A DNA stretch of 64,000 bases, from assembly GCA_963806225.1 (NCBI GenBank), contig CAWDXG010000004.1, positions 3,744,001-3,808,000 of the forward strand. Reading direction: 5' to 3'. The stretch comes from an uncultured delta proteobacterium (GTDB lineage: Bacteria > Myxococcota_A > Polyangia > Polyangiales > Polyangiaceae). Of this stretch, positions 1 to 8,553 are shown one piece after another (within the stretch, counting starts at the first letter, position 1; each line of letters begins with the position of its first letter). Under the pieces are notes generated by a model, which was given only the letters and a program-made list of their open reading frames with translations, was not told the origin of the DNA and did not search any database. A program made the position numbers and the translations under genes.

Positions 1-563
1 ATCTCCTGCGCCGTAGCAGCAATCGCGAGCGACGCGGGAGCCTTGGCGCCGGCGACGGACTCGTCGCAGGCGGTCAGGTGGCCGCCCGAGGGCGCGCAGC
101 GCGCGCACGCCGCGGTGTCGAAACGACACGCGGACGTGCATCCGAGCGTTCCGCCGGAGAAGCCGAGCGACGTGCAGCTCGCTCCGCCGAGTGCGTTGCC
201 GTCGCAGTCTTCGGCGTTGTTCTGGCAGGGTGGTCCCCCCGGTCCGCCCGGCGGGTAGCCGCCCCAGCCGCCATCCGGGCAGTCGTTGCACGTGTCGACC
301 TTGGCGTTGCCGCAGAGGGCCGCGCCGCACGCGGGTGGCGCGACCGTACCCGTGCTGCAGCTCGAGACGCCACCCGTCCCGCCGCTCGAGACGCCACCGG
401 TGCCGGCACTCGCGCCTGAGCCGCCGGTCGCGCCGGAGCCCCCGCTGCCCCCCGTCCCAGCGTGTCCCGCGCCGCCGTCCGTCGCTCCAGCTTCGAACTT
501 TCCCGAGCACCCGCCGAATGCCAGCGCGAGCGCACACGCCAGAGGCCAAGTCGATCGCCACAT
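1..563 (-). CDS. Cys-rich lipoprotein with Gly/Thr linker and myxobacterial disulfide-type repeats (runs off left edge; not in ORF track)
   Basis: Manual translation from ATG at 563: MWRSTWPLACALALAFGGC (lipobox), GGTGG linker, then CGNAKVD...EDCDGNALGGASCTSLGFSGGTLGCTSACRFDTAAC. The same repeat type occurs in 42460..43755. Frame is open to the window edge. Confidence 0.75.
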   Translation of the reverse strand, partial: MWRSTWPLACALALAFGGCSGKFEAGATDGGAGHAGTGGSGGSGATGGSGASAGTGGVSSGGTGGVSSCSTGTVAPPACGAALCGNAKVDTCNDCPDGGWGGYPPGGPGGPPCQNNAEDCDGNALGGASCTSLGFSGGTLGCTSACRFDTAACARCAPSGGHLTACDESVAGAKAPASLAIAATAQE

Positions 564-695
564 GCCCGGGTGACGAGCAATCCCCATGCCGGGCTGTCCA
601 GCAGGTCCTGGCGCGACTTCGCCGCTATCTGTGCCAGATCGAGTGTGCCAGACGGCACCCGCGATCCGGATGCCGCGCGCGGGGCAGCCCCGGGC

Positions 696-2222
696 TCAGG
701 CCGGTTCCGGCTCCTGTCCGCTGGGCTCGTCGTCCTCGGCCGGCTCTTCTTCGCCGGCGTCGCCCTGGTCGGCAGCTGCGGCAGGTTCCTCCGCCGCCTT
801 CTTCGCCTTGCGCTTCGCGCGGCGCTTCTTGCGGGCGGCCCTGCGGCGGGCGCGCTCGGCTTCTTCGTCCTCGTCGGGCTCGGCCGCTTCCTCGTCGCCT
901 TCCGCTTCCGCGGCGGGCTCCTCGTCCTCGTCCTCGGCTTCCTCTTCCTCTTCTTCGTCCTCGTCGAACGCGGCGCCTTCCAGGCCGAGGCTCATCGCGC
1001 CTTCCGGATCAAGCTCGGCGGCGCGCTCGTAGTAGCTCCACGCAAAAGCCACACCGACGGCCGTAAGCAGCCCGATCCACTGCGACGTGGAAAGCTGGAT
1101 CGGGGTAGCGGAATCGAACTGGCCCGGCTTGAGCAGCACGTAGGCGACGAAGGCCGGCACCACGCTCGCGAGCTGGGTCGCGTGCCGGAGCCCGGCCTTG
1201 GCGATCGACCGCGCCGGCCCGTAGCAATAAGCGGCGGCAAAGACCAGGAGCGCGAGCGGGATGAAAATGTGCTGCGAGACAAAGGGGCCGTAGGAGCCCC
1301 GCTCCAGATCGTCGCGGATGATCTCCAGAAGGAAGCGCAAGAGGCCGTACGCGAACGCGAACGTGAAAAACACCTCGCCGCGGAACTTCTGTTTCCTGCG
1401 CATGTAGAAAAGGAGCACGAGCAGGAACGCGCCGATCAGCGAAGAGTAGAGCTGCGTCGGATGCACCGGCAGCGATGCCTTCGCGTCGGGCGACAGACCG
1501 CGGTGGTTGACGTGCTGGATCCACGCGGGCGAGCCCGCGCCCTGCGGCAGGGTTCCGTCGGGCCAGCGCGGAAAGGTCCCGAGCTTCTTGAGCCAAGCCG
1601 GTGCGTCGGCGGACAGCGGCTTGCCGAAGTCGCAGCCGAACATGTAGCAGCCGATGCGCGTGATCATCAAACCCGAAGCCAGGCTCGGCACGGCCACGTC
1701 CGCCCACGGCATGAGCCGGATGCGGTGCATGCGCAGGAACAGCCACGACGCCAGGAACCCGCCGAGGAACCCACCGTAGGCGACCATGCCGCCGCGGCGG
1801 ATGTTCACGATGTCCACCAGCGCGTGGAACTCGTCCAGGTTGGTCAGCACGTACAGAAGGCGCGCGAAGATCAGCGCGCCAACCGCGGTGACGAAGTAGC
1901 AGTTCGCCATCGTCTCGCGGGGCAGGCCGTCTTTCTTCGCCAGGCCGAGCGTCAGGTACCAGCCCACCACGAGCGACAGGCACAACATCGCGCCGTAGCT
2001 GTAGATGGGCAGGCTGCCGAGTGCGTAGGACTGGCCCTTGAACCGGAACGCGGCCACGGCGCAGCCCACCGCGAGCACCGCACCGATGAGCAGCAGGTCG
2101 GCGGCCTTCTTGCGCCAGCCGAACAGCGCCACCAGCGCGCCGAGCGCCGCCACGCCGAGCAGCGCGGGAAAAAGGGGGACGTTCCAGGCGGGAAGCGGGA
2201 TCCTGAAAAGGATAGGGTGCAT
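696..2222 (-). CDS. lgt: Prolipoprotein diacylglyceryl transferase with long acidic/basic C-terminal tail
   Basis: MHPILF start, YG motif (IYSYGAM), FARLLYV, GGMVAYGGFLGG, RIGCYMFGCDFG, HPTQLY, RFLLEIIRDD; multiple TM segments. Confidence 0.92.
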   Translation of the reverse strand: MHPILFRIPLPAWNVPLFPALLGVAALGALVALFGWRKKAADLLLIGAVLAVGCAVAAFRFKGQSYALGSLPIYSYGAMLCLSLVVGWYLTLGLAKKDGLPRETMANCYFVTAVGALIFARLLYVLTNLDEFHALVDIVNIRRGGMVAYGGFLGGFLASWLFLRMHRIRLMPWADVAVPSLASGLMITRIGCYMFGCDFGKPLSADAPAWLKKLGTFPRWPDGTLPQGAGSPAWIQHVNHRGLSPDAKASLPVHPTQLYSSLIGAFLLVLLFYMRRKQKFRGEVFFTFAFAYGLLRFLLEIIRDDLERGSYGPFVSQHIFIPLALLVFAAAYCYGPARSIAKAGLRHATQLASVVPAFVAYVLLKPGQFDSATPIQLSTSQWIGLLTAVGVAFAWSYYERAAELDPEGAMSLGLEGAAFDEDEEEEEEAEDEDEEPAAEAEGDEEAAEPDEDEEAERARRRAARKKRRAKRKAKKAAEEPAAAADQGDAGEEEPAEDDEPSGQEPEPA

Positions 2223-2339
2223 CGGGGGCTCTCCTTACCCGCGAAACGGCGAGCCGACCAGGGGTGGCCGCCGGGTGCGGGAGGGCTCCGGGCGCTCGCC
2301 GACGGGGCGATGCGACAAGTTCAGGGCAGGGGTGCTAGC

Positions 2340-3311
2340 ATGCCGCATGTGTTGCGCTTGATGGGCTCAGTAGTGGCCGCCGCGACCCTGGTCGCGTGCG
2401 TCCCATCTCAACGCGAGAACTCCACGAATGATGCCGGCGCCAGCCATCCGGCTGTGCGTCCGGTGCAGAAGCGGCAGGTCCAGCCCGCGCTGAACCTGCC
2501 CTTCCGCGAACAGCCGAACCGCAAGCGGGCCCGGCCGCTCAAGCCGCCCGAGGCTCCAGCGGCGTCGGCATCGGCGGCGGCTCCGGCATCTGCATCGGCG
2601 GCGGCTCCGGCATCTGCATCGGCCTCGGCGGCGGCCCCCGCGGGCAGCGCTGCTCCGCCTGCAACGTCTGCCGGGGCGCCGAAGACCGGCGCACAGGCCC
2701 CGGAGAAGGATCCGCTGCTCGAGAAGCCCTTCCAGGACTTCTTCAACCGGCAGGACGTGGGACCGGACTGGAACGTCACGTCGCCCGTCTGGCACATCCA
2801 GCGAGGGCGGCTCTGCGGCCAGGGCGCCAAGAACCACGGGGTCTGGCTGAAGCGGCGCCTCCCCGTGAACGCCCGCATCGAGTTCGACGCCACCACCGGC
2901 TCGCCCGACGGCGACATCAAGGCGGAGTTCTGGGGCGACGGCCACAGCACCGCTACCGGCGTCTCCTACACCAACGCCACGAGCTATCTGACCATCTTCG
3001 GCGGCTGGAAGAACCACTATCACGTGCTCGCGCGGATCAACGAGCACGCGCCCGACCGCCCGCAGGTCATCATCCAACCCGGCAGCACCGAGCTGAAGAA
3101 GCAGCCGGTCCGGCCCAATGTCATCTACCACTTCAAGGTCGTGCGCGAAAACGGCCGCACCCTGCACTGGTACGTGAACGACATCGAGATCCTGAACTAC
3201 ACCGATCCGAAACCGCTCGAGGGCCCAGGGCACGATCACTTTGGTTTCAACAACTGGGCCGTGCCCCTGTGCTTCGACGACCTGGAGATCACGCCCCTGC
3301 CGAATCATTGA
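2340..3311 (+). CDS. Lipoprotein with Ala/Pro linker and C-terminal beta-sandwich (ConA/LamG-like) domain
   Basis: 3' part of ORF 462..3311. Lipobox TLVAC, ASASAAAP repeats, then a globular domain (FQDFFNR..DW..W..L..P.N.RIEF...FGFNNW..LCFDDLEI). The start could be the in-frame GTG at 2349. Confidence 0.7.
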   Translation: MPHVLRLMGSVVAAATLVACVPSQRENSTNDAGASHPAVRPVQKRQVQPALNLPFREQPNRKRARPLKPPEAPAASASAAAPASASAAAPASASASAAAPAGSAAPPATSAGAPKTGAQAPEKDPLLEKPFQDFFNRQDVGPDWNVTSPVWHIQRGRLCGQGAKNHGVWLKRRLPVNARIEFDATTGSPDGDIKAEFWGDGHSTATGVSYTNATSYLTIFGGWKNHYHVLARINEHAPDRPQVIIQPGSTELKKQPVRPNVIYHFKVVRENGRTLHWYVNDIEILNYTDPKPLEGPGHDHFGFNNWAVPLCFDDLEITPLPNH

Positions 3312-3317
3312 GCCGCC

Positions 3318-4490
3318 GTGGATGTCGACGAAGTAGAGATTGCCATCAATGAGCTGGAAAACCGGCTCGAACGCTTGCGCTCGCTCTACGAACAGTACTT
3401 CCTCGGCATCGAGAAGATCGAACCGGCCGTCGCGCGCAAGGACGTGGACCGGCGCATCTGGCTGCTGCGACGCGAGCAGATCCGCAACACGGCGCGGCGC
3501 TTCAAGCTGCAGACGGTCATCCAGCGCTACAACACCTTCCAGCAGTACTGGCAGCGCATCTGCCGCGAAATCGAGAACGGCACGTACAAGCGTCACCTGC
3601 TGCGCGCCGAGAGGAACTTCGGGCCGGACCAGGCCCTGACGATCGTTGCGCGGAAGCGCTTCAAGAAACGTGGCGAGGCGGAGGCTAGGGCTGCCGACAA
3701 GGCGCTCGACGCACAGAACAAGCTGGCGGCAGACCTGGGCGCTGCCCTGGACGACAAGAACTACGATCCGCTGGAAGAAGCCAAGCGCGCGGTCGACGCG
3801 GCGCTCGGCCGGACAGACTCCGGAGGCGGGAGCCGACAGACCGATGCCGCGCCGAGCCGCGAGCGACCCCCTCCGCCCACTCCCGCGCCGCCCCGCGCGC
3901 CGAGCGTCCTACCTAGACAACAGCTGGGGCGCCTGGAGCTCGACCTGGACGACGACCTGCTAGGCGGTTCGTCGCCTCCCTCCCCGGCCAGCAACCGGCC
4001 CCGACCCGCAGCTGCGGTCGCCGCACGAGCCCCGGCCCGGGCTGCGCCTCCGATCGCCCCAGCGCGGCGCGAGGCTCCGGCCAGCCCGGCTCGACCGCCG
4101 GCCCGTCCATCGGCTGGCGCCCGACCCGCGCCACCCGCCGGCGCGCCTGGTCCCAAGCCTCCCGCACCGCCGGCCCGGCCAGCAGCCGCAGCCCGGCCAG
4201 CAGCCGCAGCTCGCCCGGGTGCAGCCCGCCCGCCTGGGCCTCCGCCGCGGAAGGCCGGCGGCGAGGCCGGTCAGGCAGGCATGAGCGACGACCGGGTGCG
4301 CGAGCTGCACTCGCGGCTGGTCAACGCACGGCAGCAAACCAACGATCGCCGCAACATCAGCGTCGACGGGCTGAAGAAGAGCCTCCAGGCAGCCGAGTCC
4401 AAGCTGCGCAAGCAGCACGGTAACCGCAAGATCGACTTCGATGTGGTGATCAAGGACGGCAAAGCCGTCGTGAAGCCGATCGTGCGCTAG
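3318..4490 (+). CDS. Myxobacterial protein with helical N-terminus, Pro/Ala linker and MXAN_5187-type C-terminal domain
   Basis: N-terminal LERLRSLYEQYFLGIEKIEP helix; C-terminal ISVDGLKKSL...IDFDVVIKDGKAVVK recognised from memory as this family. Confidence 0.65.
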   Translation: MDVDEVEIAINELENRLERLRSLYEQYFLGIEKIEPAVARKDVDRRIWLLRREQIRNTARRFKLQTVIQRYNTFQQYWQRICREIENGTYKRHLLRAERNFGPDQALTIVARKRFKKRGEAEARAADKALDAQNKLAADLGAALDDKNYDPLEEAKRAVDAALGRTDSGGGSRQTDAAPSRERPPPPTPAPPRAPSVLPRQQLGRLELDLDDDLLGGSSPPSPASNRPRPAAAVAARAPARAAPPIAPARREAPASPARPPARPSAGARPAPPAGAPGPKPPAPPARPAAAARPAAAARPGAARPPGPPPRKAGGEAGQAGMSDDRVRELHSRLVNARQQTNDRRNISVDGLKKSLQAAESKLRKQHGNRKIDFDVVIKDGKAVVKPIVR

Positions 4491-4500
4491 GGCCTGGGGC

Positions 4501-4776
4501 TCAGCGCGCCAGGCCAGTGCGTTCGGAGCTGGAGGGCGGCGCCGACCGGCGCGATTCCACCAGCACCTCGTCCTCGCAGAACAGCAGCGAGCACGAAGTC
4601 CGGCCGGCTTCGCGCATGCGGCTGCAGAGCTCCGCCAGATCCTCGTCCGAGTCCACCACATCGCCCTCGATGGGCTGCAGCGTGGATTGGTCGAGGCGGC
4701 AATTGTCGAGCGCCACCCAGAGGCCCTTGAACTGCTCCGAGCGGCAGAGCTCGGGCCAGGTCATCCTGGTCTTCAT
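4501..4776 (-). CDS. Small hypothetical protein (91 aa)
   Basis: Protein-like composition (FKGLWVALD...GDVVDSDEDLAEL). Fills the gap after the convergent gene and has a candidate promoter upstream. Confidence 0.7.
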   Translation of the reverse strand: MKTRMTWPELCRSEQFKGLWVALDNCRLDQSTLQPIEGDVVDSDEDLAELCSRMREAGRTSCSLLFCEDEVLVESRRSAPPSSSERTGLAR

Positions 4777-4885
4777 CGCAACTTGACTACCTTGGCGGTG
4801 GGTTTTCCCGTGAGGGGTCGATTTCCCGATGCGAAGCGATTGAAGCGGTCCGAAGCCCCCGGAGCAGAAAAGCGACGGCAGCCCG

Positions 4886-4915
4886 GATCTAGACCCAGCT
4901 ATTCCGTAGCGTCAA
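4886..4915 (-). promoter_or_regulatory. Candidate sigma70-type promoter for 4501..4776
   Basis: Minus strand reads TTGACG-18 nt-TAGATC, with an AT-rich tract (GTGTATATTTTTTGCC) just upstream. Confidence 0.4.
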
Positions 4916-5000
4916 GCCGAGGGTGTGGCAAAAAATATACACCCAGCGGAAGTTACCAGGATCACAACCGCAATTTCGCGGAAGGAAACGGATACCGCGA

Positions 5001-6752
5001 CTACTTGCAGGTCTTGACCGCGGCGTTCAGCGCGCCGCTCCCCGCGCCCATGGCGCGGGCCGCGCCGGCGATGGCCTTGGCCTGGGGGCATCTGCCGTTG
5101 AACGCTGCTGCCCGGGCCGCCGCAGGCGCCTTCGCCCGGGCAAAGGCGGCGCAGCGCTGTTTCGCGCTGGCGTTGTTGCAGCGCGAGTAGTTGGCAGCCG
5201 CGCCGGAGATGTTCCCGCCCTGGGCCGCGGCAATACAGGCCGCACAGGCCTGGGCGCCGCCTGCCGCCGGGGGCTTGGCCGTGGCCGTCGGTTTCGACGT
5301 GGCCGTCGGGTGCGTCGGCGCCGCGGTGTGCGCCTGGGTGGTCGTGTGCGTGGGCTGGGGCGCGGTGGAGGTGTCCTCCGGAGCCGTACCAGTCGCCTGG
5401 GTGGTCGCAGTTTCCCCCGCTGAATCCACCTGTGGCGCGATGGTGGTCGCGCCGCTGGAGGAGCTCGAGAACGGATTGGCCAGGGCCTGGTCCGTTTCGG
5501 AGGGCTTCATCCCCCGGGCCACGACGATGACGATCGCGATCAGCAGCACCAGTCCGAGCCCGCCGAGGCCGATGACGAGCCCCTTGCCTCCCCCGCCGCC
5601 GCCGCGTGCAGGGGGTGGAGGCGGCGGCAGGTTGGCGGCCACCGGCGGAGGCCCGCCGGGGGTTGGTTGCGCCGCCGCCACGGCGGGCGCAGCGGCCGCA
5701 CCCATTGCGGCGAAATCCGGAGCCGCCGGCATCGCCGCGGTACCGGCAGAACCCAGCGACACCGGGCCGCTCGCCGCCGGGGCGTCCACCGTGATGCCGC
5801 CGCCACCGGACAGCTCCTCGAAGAACTGCCGCGCGGTGGTCTGGCGCTGCTCCTTCTCCTTGGACAGGGCGCGCATGATCGCCGACCGCATGGACTCGGG
5901 GACGCTGCTGCTGCTGCTCGGCGCCGCGTCGAAGGGGATCGGCTGCGCCGTCATGTGCTGTGTCGCCCACTGCCAGGGCGTGTCTGCTTCGAAGGGCAGC
6001 CGCCCGGTGAGCATTTCGTAGGACATCACGCCGAGCGAGTAGATGTCGCTGCGGGCATCGAGCTCCTTGCCGGTGAACTGCTCGGGGCTCATGTACGGCG
6101 GCGTTCCGAGCACCATTCCCTGCTGGGTGAGCTTCTGTTCCTTCTGCGCGTCGCTGGATTCGGTGCGCGCCGCGATGCCGAAATCCAGCACTTTCACGAA
6201 GTCCGTCTCACCCGCGCGGTCGGTGAGGATGATGTTCTCGGGCTTCAGGTCGCGGTGGATGATGCCCAGCTTGTGGGCCTCGTCGAGAGCGCCGCAGACC
6301 TGCTTCATGATCTTGAGGGTGCGCGCCGGAGCAATCGGCCCCTCCTCGATCACGTCCATCAAGGACTTACCCTTGACGAACTCCATCGCGATATAGAGCG
6401 TCCCGTCCGCGGTCGCGCCGAAGTCGTAGAACTTGATCGTGTTGGGGTGCTCGAGCTGTGCGACCGTGCCGCACTCGCGGTGGAAGCGCGCCAGCACCGA
6501 CGGGTCCTGCGACAGATGCGGGTGCAGGGTCTTGACGGCGACCTTGCGCAGCGTCGAGCCCATCTGCTGTTCGGCAACGTAGACGATACCCATGCCGCCT
6601 TCGCCGAGCACGCCGGTGATGCGGTAGCGCCCGCCGATCACCTGTCCGATGAGCGGATCCTCTTTGTGCTCCTCCACGGGAAGGAGCGCGCCGCACTTCG
6701 CACAAAAGCGCGCACCGTCGATGTTTTCCTGACCGCAGGCCTCGCAGTGCAT
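5001..6752 (-). CDS. Hanks-type Ser/Thr protein kinase with N-terminal zinc ribbon, TM helix and Cys-containing extracytoplasmic C-terminus
   Basis: CEACG...CAKCG, LGEGGMGIVY, VAVK, HRDLKPEN, DFG, GTPPYMSPEQ, SDIYSLG; TM segment LVIGLGGLGLVLLIAIVIVV. Confidence 0.93.
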   Translation of the reverse strand: MHCEACGQENIDGARFCAKCGALLPVEEHKEDPLIGQVIGGRYRITGVLGEGGMGIVYVAEQQMGSTLRKVAVKTLHPHLSQDPSVLARFHRECGTVAQLEHPNTIKFYDFGATADGTLYIAMEFVKGKSLMDVIEEGPIAPARTLKIMKQVCGALDEAHKLGIIHRDLKPENIILTDRAGETDFVKVLDFGIAARTESSDAQKEQKLTQQGMVLGTPPYMSPEQFTGKELDARSDIYSLGVMSYEMLTGRLPFEADTPWQWATQHMTAQPIPFDAAPSSSSSVPESMRSAIMRALSKEKEQRQTTARQFFEELSGGGGITVDAPAASGPVSLGSAGTAAMPAAPDFAAMGAAAAPAVAAAQPTPGGPPPVAANLPPPPPPARGGGGGGKGLVIGLGGLGLVLLIAIVIVVARGMKPSETDQALANPFSSSSSGATTIAPQVDSAGETATTQATGTAPEDTSTAPQPTHTTTQAHTAAPTHPTATSKPTATAKPPAAGGAQACAACIAAAQGGNISGAAANYSRCNNASAKQRCAAFARAKAPAAARAAAFNGRCPQAKAIAGAARAMGAGSGALNAAVKTCK

Positions 6753-6851
6753 GGCGGCGTAAGCGTCGCACGAAGCGCCACCGCTGCGCCACCTTCCCAT
6801 CCCGCCCTCCCGCCTGCGCCGTGGTCCTCGCGCCGGGGGCTGGCTTCCTCT

Positions 6852-7541
6852 CTAGTCGGGGGCCGCGTCGGAGGCCCCGGCGTCGTCCCGAACCGGGGCG
6901 ACCTCGGGCACACCAGGTGGCGGAAGGGGGTGGTCGGGCGGCCAGGCCAGCGGCTGGCGTGCGCCCGTGGCGCGATCCACGAGAACCGCACGGGTGGCGC
7001 GCGCGCTGGCTGGGACGAGCAGTTGGCGTGTCGCGACTGCTCCGGCCGCGAGTGTCGGCGGCTCGTGCAGCGGCTGTCGCCGTCCGCGCCGGGGTGCTTC
7101 GGCCGCCACCAACGGGAAATCGAAGCGCACGCGCTCTACCAGCTCGTGACCAATCCACAGCTCGACCGCGTAGCGCCCCATGTTGCGCGCGGTCACGACC
7201 GGATGCGGAAAGCGCAGGGCCTTGACGCTCTGGACGCTGACCTTGCCGTGGTCGTAGAGCAGCGTGTACTGCCATTGCCGCGCGAGCCGGAGCGGGTCCG
7301 GGTCGGGCTGGCTGCCGCTGGGCGGACGGACCAGCGCTCGTGCCGCGCCGCCCTCGCCGGCCGCGCTGGGGTCGCCGGAGCTGTGCGGTGCCGTCCCCCC
7401 GTCCCTGGGCTGGGCCTCGAGCACATGCGCCGGGAACGCGACTTCCGGTCCTCGCTCGCGCGGAAAGCGCGCTGCAGAACAGGCCACCGCGAGCCCCAGG
7501 GCCGACGTGAGCCCGATTGCGGTTCCGGCGCGGAGGGACAT
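6852..7541 (-). CDS. Hypothetical lipoprotein
   Basis: Lipobox LGLAVAC; globular core (GRYAVELWIGHELVERVRFDFPL). Sits in a run of co-oriented genes. Confidence 0.7.
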   Translation of the reverse strand: MSLRAGTAIGLTSALGLAVACSAARFPRERGPEVAFPAHVLEAQPRDGGTAPHSSGDPSAAGEGGAARALVRPPSGSQPDPDPLRLARQWQYTLLYDHGKVSVQSVKALRFPHPVVTARNMGRYAVELWIGHELVERVRFDFPLVAAEAPRRGRRQPLHEPPTLAAGAVATRQLLVPASARATRAVLVDRATGARQPLAWPPDHPLPPPGVPEVAPVRDDAGASDAAPD

Positions 7542-7551
7542 GGCCGGGAAG

Positions 7552-8553
7552 CTACTCCAGACGCGGTGCCAGGCCAGCGTATTGATGACTTCCGGCCGTT
7601 TCCCACAGCTCGCCCGCGCCGCCGAGAACCCGCCACAGCTCGAGCAGCTCCTGTGGCGCGGGCGCTCCGACCCTCCAGGTCCGCTCGCCGGGACCGGTCA
7701 GCTCGACCCACGCGGCATGGAGCGCAATGCGCCCGACCTCGAGGACGCTGCCGTCGGGAAGGGCCAGCGACTGGACGCCGCCGTATAGACGATCTCCGAG
7801 CAGCGCGGCCCCGGCGTGCGCGGCGTGCACGCGGATCTGGTGGGTGCGCCCGGTCCGCGGCTCGAACGCGAGCAGCGCGGGCTCGAGCGGACGAGCGTGG
7901 CGGCCAACCGAGCGCAGCCCGGCTGCGCCTTCACCGACCACGGCGTAGCGCGTCTCGGCGGACAATCCGTCGCGGCCGCCGCCCGCCACCCGCATGCGCC
8001 CGCGCCCGGACGAGTCGATGGGCTTGTCCCAGGAGCCCTGCGGCGGGCGCGGCGCACGTTCCGCGATGCCGACGTATCGACGCCTGAGCGCCCCACGCCG
8101 CCGCGCGGATTCCACCTGGCGGAGTGCAGCAGCCGTGTACGCCAGCAGCACGACGCCGGTGACTCCGACATCCAGCCTCGAGACGGCGTGCAGGCGGGCT
8201 TCGTCGATGCCCACAATGCCCGCGACCCGCGTCCTGAGCGAGTCCAGACCGTGGTGATCGGGCTCGGTGGGCAGCTCGGCGGGTTTCAGCGCCGCCACGA
8301 GACCGTCGCGTTGTTCGAGCAACTCGACGCCCGCGGAGCCGCGGCGTGCCGGATACAGCTCGACGCGTTGCCCGGGCTCGAGGCAGAGCGCCGGGTCCAG
8401 CACACGCCTGCCTTCCACGAAGACCCGTCCCTCCGCGAGGGCGGCCTGCGCCTGTCCAAGGCGGCGGAGCACCTCGGCCAACCGGAGGCGCTCTCCCGGC
8501 TCGACCACCCAGACCCGCGCACGGTCCTCGCGCGTGCGCGGCGCGGCGCTCAT
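7552..8553 (-). CDS. RluA-family RNA pseudouridine synthase
   Basis: KPAELPT, SRLDVGVTGV (catalytic RLD), TGRTHQIRVH, LLGDRLYG, LHA. The ATG at 8553 overlaps the upstream stop (ATGA). Confidence 0.88.
   Translation of the reverse strand: MSAAPRTREDRARVWVVEPGERLRLAEVLRRLGQAQAALAEGRVFVEGRRVLDPALCLEPGQRVELYPARRGSAGVELLEQRDGLVAALKPAELPTEPDHHGLDSLRTRVAGIVGIDEARLHAVSRLDVGVTGVVLLAYTAAALRQVESARRRGALRRRYVGIAERAPRPPQGSWDKPIDSSGRGRMRVAGGGRDGLSAETRYAVVGEGAAGLRSVGRHARPLEPALLAFEPRTGRTHQIRVHAAHAGAALLGDRLYGGVQSLALPDGSVLEVGRIALHAAWVELTGPGERTWRVGAPAPQELLELWRVLGGAGELWETAGSHQYAGLAPRLE

Noticed and set aside
462..2339. 5' two-thirds of the 949-aa ORF 462..3311
   Set aside because: Antisense shadow of lgt; only the part from 2340 has a lipobox and a coherent domain.
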